Below are positions 32,925-37,496 of a DNA stretch of 37,496 nucleotides, one piece after another. The translations under genes and the position numbers were made by a program. The notes under the pieces were generated by a model. It saw only the letters and a list, made by a program, of their open reading frames with translations, was not told the origin of the DNA and did not search any database. How positions within the stretch are numbered: the stretch's first letter is position 1; each line of letters starts with the position of its first letter. Location of the stretch: assembly GCA_041738615.1 (NCBI GenBank), contig JBGSPL010000002.1, positions 76,654 to 114,149 of the forward strand, in the 5' to 3' direction. This stretch comes from Patescibacteria group bacterium (GTDB lineage Bacteria > Patescibacteriota > CPR2 > UBA1875 > CAIMLA01).

Positions 32925-32948
32925 ACAAAAGGCCGCTCGGTCTTTTGT
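32925..32948 (+). terminator. candidate terminator after the giant gene
   Basis: ~10-bp stem ACAAAAGGCC / GGTCTTTTGT (one G:U pair) with loop GCTC. The T-run is part of the descending stem. Confidence 0.4.
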
Positions 32949-32949
32949 C

Positions 32950-32984
32950 AATTTCGACTTTCTAGTTCTGAATTTCGAATGAAA
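32950..32984 (+). repeat. degenerate intergenic heptamer array (5 units)
   Basis: AATTTCG ACTTTCT AGTTCTG AATTTCG AATGAAA. It has the same 7-nt period and core as the genic arrays, in the opposite orientation. Confidence 0.45.
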
Positions 32985-33002
32985 TGGATTGGATAACCCC
33001 CT

Positions 33003-33014
33003 GTACTTAAGTAC
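33003..33014. promoter_or_regulatory. perfect 12-nt palindrome GTACTTAAGTAC (possible operator)
   Basis: Located 37 nt upstream of ATG 33051. It is followed by the tandem TAGTTAC TAGTTAC (33023-33036). Confidence 0.3.
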
Positions 33015-33038
33015 CTAGCTCCTAGTTACTAGTTACGA

Positions 33039-33044
33039 TATACT
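33039..33044 (+). promoter_or_regulatory. -10-like TATACT 6 nt upstream of ATG 33051
   Basis: TATACT GTTGTT ATG, with no SD sequence. Confidence 0.3.
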
Positions 33045-33050
33045 GTTGTT

Positions 33051-33494
33051 ATGCGAATCACGAAACAGGAAATTAAGAATAATGAAATCTCGGCACGGAA
33101 GTACCTCGACGAGTATGGGATCAACGACGACCTTGTCTTTGACCACTTCGGTTTACAATCGCTTACCTCCGATGAGTACTGGGAGTTGAAGAATTACTTT
33201 ATCATTCGTGGTAAGTTCGAAGGCGAAATCCACTTCCATGACCGCCGTCTGGGACGTTTCACGCTGGGTGAGGACAAGGACAAGATGGAGCTCATCGAGC
33301 CGCACCCCGGGCAGGTGTTCATGCAGTATGACTGCTTCGTCGAGCATGTCGCCTTTCGTGTGAAAAATATAGATGCTCTCGCGAAACAGTTTAAGGATAA
33401 AACACTTTCCACCTTCAATATAGAAGGGACCCGTGGATTTAAGATCCAGGGCCCAGGTATTTTGCTGATTGAGTTTCGGAATAACGAGTTCTAA
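33051..33494 (+). CDS. VOC/glyoxalase-fold family protein (paralog A)
   Basis: DHFGLQ, ELIEPHPG, EHVAFRV, GFKIQ and LIEFRNNEF. It shares this motif set with the convergent paralog. The family call is by fold-pattern resemblance only. Confidence 0.6.
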   Translation: MRITKQEIKNNEISARKYLDEYGINDDLVFDHFGLQSLTSDEYWELKNYFIIRGKFEGEIHFHDRRLGRFTLGEDKDKMELIEPHPGQVFMQYDCFVEHVAFRVKNIDALAKQFKDKTLSTFNIEGTRGFKIQGPGILLIEFRNNEF

Positions 33495-33925
33495 CCGAAG
33501 TCTTTTACCGAATCCAATATGTCATTGTTTCGAAATTCAATTACTACGTCACTGGATAACTTCACTTTGAATCCGTGCGTTGAACCAACATCAAAGACGG
33601 TGGCTATTTGTCTCTTATAAGTAGTTCTAGCTGATTCGAGTTTGCTGCAAATATATGCTACATGGTCTATATGTGTCGCGGTAGTATTAGAACCAGGTTT
33701 CGGCTCATATATCTCTACTAGTCCAGCCGAAGTCACTACGGTAGCAGTATGCCTTCCACCGAAAAATATCTCAGTTTTAGCACCCCCAGCCTCCTTTAGT
33801 AGCCGTGCGTAATCGTTTGAGTCCTGGGCTTGTATGCCGAAATGATTAAAATGAAGTCCTTTGAGGTTTCCCAGCGAAGCCTCTGCAGATTCTCTGTATT
33901 TGATTAGACTTGGAATATCTATCAT
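33491..33925 (-). CDS. VOC/glyoxalase-fold family protein (paralog B)
   Basis: NHFGIQ, EIYEPKPG, DHVAYIC, GFKVK and VIEFRNNDI. Its start overlaps the ychF stop (ATGA). Its stop overlaps the stop of paralog A by 4 nt. Confidence 0.6.
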   Translation of the reverse strand: MIDIPSLIKYRESAEASLGNLKGLHFNHFGIQAQDSNDYARLLKEAGGAKTEIFFGGRHTATVVTSAGLVEIYEPKPGSNTTATHIDHVAYICSKLESARTTYKRQIATVFDVGSTHGFKVKLSSDVVIEFRNNDILDSVKDFG

Positions 33926-35001
33926 ACGTTAAACTTAAAAATCATTACATCGCCGTCTGCGGCTATGTAATCTTTACCTTCCAGTCGGACCTTCCCTGCA
34001 GCTTTGGCGCCTGCCCAGCCCTTGTTGGCTACGAGATCATTGTAGTTCACGACCTCAGCTTTGATAAATCCGCGTTCAAAGTCCCCATGAATTACGCCAG
34101 CAGCTTGTGGAGCAGTGGAACTCTTCTTTATGGTCCAGGCGCGTGTTTCCTTTTCTCCTGCCGTGAAGTAGGTTTGCAGCCCTAGCAGGTCAAAACCTTT
34201 CTTCACCAGGGTATCTAGCCCGGGTTCGTCCTGCCCTAGCTCGGCCAGATATTCCTTCTTTTCTTCTTCCGAGAGCTCGTTGAGCTCTGCTTCTATCTTT
34301 GCCGATATAAAGACAACACTCTTTTCGTCCAGGCCAGTTTGTTTGATAAGCTCTGTCGTGTTAGCGAGGTGTTTTTCATCCCCGTTTAGAATGTATAGAT
34401 GAGGTTTAGCGCTAAGTAGATTGAGGTCACGTATCGCTTCCTGCTCTTTTCCCGTAAGCGTGAGGTCGCGGACTGGTGTGCCAGCATCTAGGGCAGTGGC
34501 CACCTTTTTTATCGCGGTTGCTGTATCAGCCATTTTTGGGTTCGCACGAACCTCTTTCTCCAGCTTTTGCATCCGTTTTGCTACTGTCTCGATATCGGCA
34601 AGGATTAGCTCCATCTTGATGGTTTCGATATCTGAAACAGGGTTAATCTCGCCGGCTACGTGAAGCACATTGGTATCTTCGAAAACACGAACTACCTCGG
34701 CGATGGCATCACATTCGCGGATGTTCGAGAGAAACTTGTTTCCTAGCCCCTCTCCCTCCGAGGCACCCTTTACGATACCTGCAATGTCGATAAACTCGAC
34801 GATGGCAGGCACGATAACATTGGTAGGTATGGCATCGGCAATAAGCTTGAGGCGCGCATCTGGTACTGACACAATCCCCACGTTCGGATCGATAGTACAG
34901 AAAGGATAGTTTTGCGCCTCCACCTGGTTTTTGGTGATAGCATTAAAAAGCGTACTTTTTCCCACATTTGGTAGCCCTACTATGCCGATAGATAGTCCCA
35001 T
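33922..35001 (-). CDS. ychF: redox-regulated ATPase/GTPase YchF
   Basis: [26 protein letters not shown], the TGS-like C-terminus and [14 protein letters not shown]. Start trimmed from 35043 to ATG 35001 (AAGGAG 6 nt upstream). Confidence 0.95.
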   Translation of the reverse strand: MGLSIGIVGLPNVGKSTLFNAITKNQVEAQNYPFCTIDPNVGIVSVPDARLKLIADAIPTNVIVPAIVEFIDIAGIVKGASEGEGLGNKFLSNIRECDAIAEVVRVFEDTNVLHVAGEINPVSDIETIKMELILADIETVAKRMQKLEKEVRANPKMADTATAIKKVATALDAGTPVRDLTLTGKEQEAIRDLNLLSAKPHLYILNGDEKHLANTTELIKQTGLDEKSVVFISAKIEAELNELSEEEKKEYLAELGQDEPGLDTLVKKGFDLLGLQTYFTAGEKETRAWTIKKSSTAPQAAGVIHGDFERGFIKAEVVNYNDLVANKGWAGAKAAGKVRLEGKDYIAADGDVMIFKFNV

Positions 35002-35061
35002 CGCGTCTCCTTTTCGTAAGTATATTAACACTTTTAAGCACAAATTGTTAGTGAAAAGCGT

Positions 35062-35089
35062 TTGCTAAAAGGAAAACGGGGAGTACAAT
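35062..35089 (+). promoter_or_regulatory. candidate promoter of the 35122 gene
   Basis: TTGCTA (35062-35067), 16 nt, TACAAT (35084-35089). Confidence 0.4.
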
Positions 35090-35121
35090 AATAATAAGAT
35101 TATTACTACTTGGAGGGGTGT

Positions 35122-37496
35122 ATGGCTAATGAAAACGAACCAACAGGCGGTTTTGCCGCTTTTTGGGGTAAGCACTCAAGGAAAATATTTGTTGCACTCG
35201 TAGTCGTGGTCATCGGTATAGCGGCAACTATTTCGGGTTTTGCTTTTTGGTATAACTCAGTCAAAATAGCAAATATAGATGTCGTCGCAGTGGTAGATGG
35301 ACAAAAGTTATATACAAAAGATCTGAATACAGAGATTTATGCTGACAACTTTCAGGGTACACCAGAAAATCCGGCTTCAGTTTCTGAAGAGAGGAGAACC
35401 GAACTACTCAATAGACTTATAAACAACAAAATTGTTGAAATCGAGGCTGCCAAGCTGAATCTAGCTATCAGTGATAAGGAAGTAGACGCTGCGATAAAAT
35501 CAAGAGATATCAAATATGAATTTTTTGGTACCGAGCAGAAAGCATTGTCTCGTGATTCTATCCGAAAAGAGCTGTTGAAGACAAAACTTAGCGACAAGGC
35601 CTCCAAATGGCTAGAGGGAGAGATACTACTATATAGATTTGATAAATATTCTAATTCTTACTCTGTAGATTTGCCAGGCAAAGGTGATAAAGCGCTTATG
35701 GCCAAGCAACGAAAATATGCGGAGGCATTGTCCGAAAAGACAGTATCGGAACTAAAGAGTGGCAAGATAACTGTTTCGGAGGCTCAAAAGGCCTTGATCT
35801 ATGATCCAGAAATAAGTGCTGAAGCATTCGCACCAGTCCGTCCAAATACATTCTGGGGATTTACAAAAGATGATTATCTTTCCAATCTTGGCTACTTTGA
35901 TCAAGAAAGATACAAAAACACAAAAGACAATCTAGCAAAGGCTAAGAAGGGTGACTATGTAGGACCCTTTGTTTTGACAACTGCGGCTGATGAAGAGGCT
36001 GCCTATGCTATCGTGGCCGTAAATAATGCTAATGAAGGCTTTATCACAGAGAATATATATTCTTGGCTTGATGGACAAAGAAAAAGTCGGGCTACTATAT
36101 ATCTTGGAAATGCTTTAAATTTCTGGGACTTTATTCTAAATCCTACAAAAGCTTACGCTGCTTGCCCGAGTCCGGCCAGTGGCGCGACCTATACTGGTGA
36201 TTCATCACATGTCACAAACTTATATATTTCTGTGATGTATAAGACGGCCGCCGGTTCTTTACAAAACATGAGCGTATCTCAATTGGGTTACAATAACTTT
36301 GATTTACAAGGGACGAGAAAGTTTAATTCGAGTAACAACGATGTACTGGGGGCCCCAAACAACGGGTTTGTCTATTGGGTAAATAAATCAACTAAGAGTG
36401 ACGTTTGTGACAAGGGTCTCGATTTCGATGGAGAGTTTGCTGCCGCCACAGGTGCCGTTTTGTTTGGTAATCGGTGGGTAATAAACTGTGGCGATCTAGC
36501 TGAGTTTAAACTGACATGGAAAGACCCAGAAAATCTACCAGGGACTACTACGGCAGGTTCTTACTGGGAACTAAAAGACACGGCTGGGACGGCGAACATA
36601 GACCCCAATCCATCAGCAGCAAATGAAAGCAATACTTCTATGGCAAGATGGATTGCTAATGTCGCACCCGCTGAAGCAAATGACAAAACTATATTTATCA
36701 AGGCTTTTTGTCGCTTTGTTGCTGGGGGCAATAATAATTCTAATTCTGATTGCCGCGGTAGCTTTACTGGAAATATTCATTATCCCAACGGCGCTTATTG
36801 GAGGTTTGGCCTAGTATATAATCCTGTCTATACATACACAATCACGCCCAGTGCGGATACTGGTTGCGCTATAAGCCCAGGTACTGTCAGAACAGTCAAC
36901 TCTGGAGACGTAGCTAGAATCGGAGGAAATAGTGATGCGGGTTACAGATTCCTGGGCTTTAGTATTGATGGAGGAACGCCTTCTCTCGGTACTGCTTATG
37001 CTACTTGGTGGGAGATAAGTACACCCGCGATTACGAGCAATATGACTGTGGTGGCCAAGTGTACCCCTGTGACATATACGGTTACGGTTTCCAAGGCAGG
37101 AACTGGTACTGGTAGCATCTCTCTGAGTAGCGGCACTTTGGCCTCGGGAAGTCTAACCGGCGCGACCTTCCCAAGGACTGGAATAGTGAATCATGGTACT
37201 AGCCTCGGGATTTCGGCAGTGCCGGCAGCTACATCGAGAGCTAGCTGGTCGGGGAACTGTAGTGGCTCCTCAACAACCGCAGGTACTACGGTGCTAACAA
37301 CACTATCGAACATGACTGCAAATAGGAGCTGTGTAATTACCTTTGAACTATTGGGCGTAGTCAGCCCTGTGGTAGAGCTGATTTCTCCAAGTCCAACCAT
37401 TGACCCAGTTGATGTAAACGGAGCTGTAATACTTGCGACTAACAACACCTCCTTAGTAGCACGTCTCAGGATTCCAGGCTACGTTAGTACAAGTGG
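35122..37496 (+). CDS. large membrane-anchored protein: PpiD/SurA-N-like chaperone region plus InlB-B-repeat-like surface modules (runs off right edge)
   Basis: Absent from the ORF track because it has no stop in the window. ATG 35122 has GGAGG 5 nt upstream, and I translated the frame by hand to position 37496 without a stop. It has the TM helix KIFVALVVVVIGIAATISGFAFW, a SurA_N-like stretch VVAVVDGQKLYTKDL...LLNRLINNKIVEIEAAKLNLAISDKEVDAAIK, and C-terminal YTYTITPSADTGCAISPG...GYRFLGFS and YTVTVSKAGTGTGSIS...SWSGNCSG...CVITFE repeats. Confidence 0.75.
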   Translation, partial: MANENEPTGGFAAFWGKHSRKIFVALVVVVIGIAATISGFAFWYNSVKIANIDVVAVVDGQKLYTKDLNTEIYADNFQGTPENPASVSEERRTELLNRLINNKIVEIEAAKLNLAISDKEVDAAIKSRDIKYEFFGTEQKALSRDSIRKELLKTKLSDKASKWLEGEILLYRFDKYSNSYSVDLPGKGDKALMAKQRKYAEALSEKTVSELKSGKITVSEAQKALIYDPEISAEAFAPVRPNTFWGFTKDDYLSNLGYFDQERYKNTKDNLAKAKKGDYVGPFVLTTAADEEAAYAIVAVNNANEGFITENIYSWLDGQRKSRATIYLGNALNFWDFILNPTKAYAACPSPASGATYTGDSSHVTNLYISVMYKTAAGSLQNMSVSQLGYNNFDLQGTRKFNSSNNDVLGAPNNGFVYWVNKSTKSDVCDKGLDFDGEFAAATGAVLFGNRWVINCGDLAEFKLTWKDPENLPGTTTAGSYWELKDTAGTANIDPNPSAANESNTSMARWIANVAPAEANDKTIFIKAFCRFVAGGNNNSNSDCRGSFTGNIHYPNGAYWRFGLVYNPVYTYTITPSADTGCAISPGTVRTVNSGDVARIGGNSDAGYRFLGFSIDGGTPSLGTAYATWWEISTPAITSNMTVVAKCTPVTYTVTVSKAGTGTGSISLSSGTLASGSLTGATFPRTGIVNHGTSLGISAVPAATSRASWSGNCSGSSTTAGTTVLTTLSNMTANRSCVITFELLGVVSPVVELISPSPTIDPVDVNGAVILATNNTSLVARLRIPGYVSTS

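Noticed and set aside
1-37496. CRISPR arrays, rRNA genes, transposases/integrases, prophage or defence-system genes.
   Set aside because: The only tandem repeats are the 7-nt arrays (no spacers, no cas genes). No ORF shows recombinase, transposase, nuclease-helicase or phage structural motifs that I could recognise. The tRNA-Ser flanks show hairpins but no direct-repeat attachment sites.

Overview
37.5-kb chromosomal window at roughly 45-50% GC. Genes are tightly packed, with many 1-17 nt overlaps. The content best fits a Patescibacteria/CPR-type bacterium, possibly Saccharibacteria-like, but this is inference only. The left two thirds are housekeeping: envelope proteins including an LPXTG-anchored DUF3494 protein, dnaG-rpoD, an FTR-rubredoxin plus glutaredoxin-like redox pair, tRNA-Ser(GGA), cupin-type PGI, trpS, phosphomannomutase, rpsF-ssb-rpsR, efp, tlyA and a NitT/TauT-type ABC importer. 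The right third is a surface-protein neighbourhood. It holds a PaaK-like ligase, a secreted 545-aa protein, and an ~8.8-kb giant adhesin-like gene whose membrane-anchor segment is cut off by a single in-frame TAG. It also holds two VOC-fold paralogs, ychF, and a second large PpiD-like/InlB-repeat protein that runs off the right edge and is absent from the ORF track. No rRNA, CRISPR array, transposase or integrase was seen. Main items for follow-up: (1) the amber-interrupted giant gene; (2) a 7-nt AATTCGA repeat family that is stop-free in all six frames and sits in-frame inside three housekeeping genes; (3) several GC-rich islets (about 56-63% GC by hand count) carrying orphan small ORFs with their own promoters and hairpins, including a 570-nt region at 13.09-13.66 kb that could be a foreign gene cassette or a structured RNA; (4) recurrent -10 boxes exactly 6 nt upstream of start codons, suggesting leaderless mRNAs, including a back-to-back pair; (5) a hairpin repeat family in the ribosomal-protein cluster. 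Coordinates of non-ORF features were hand-derived and may be off by 1-2 nt.
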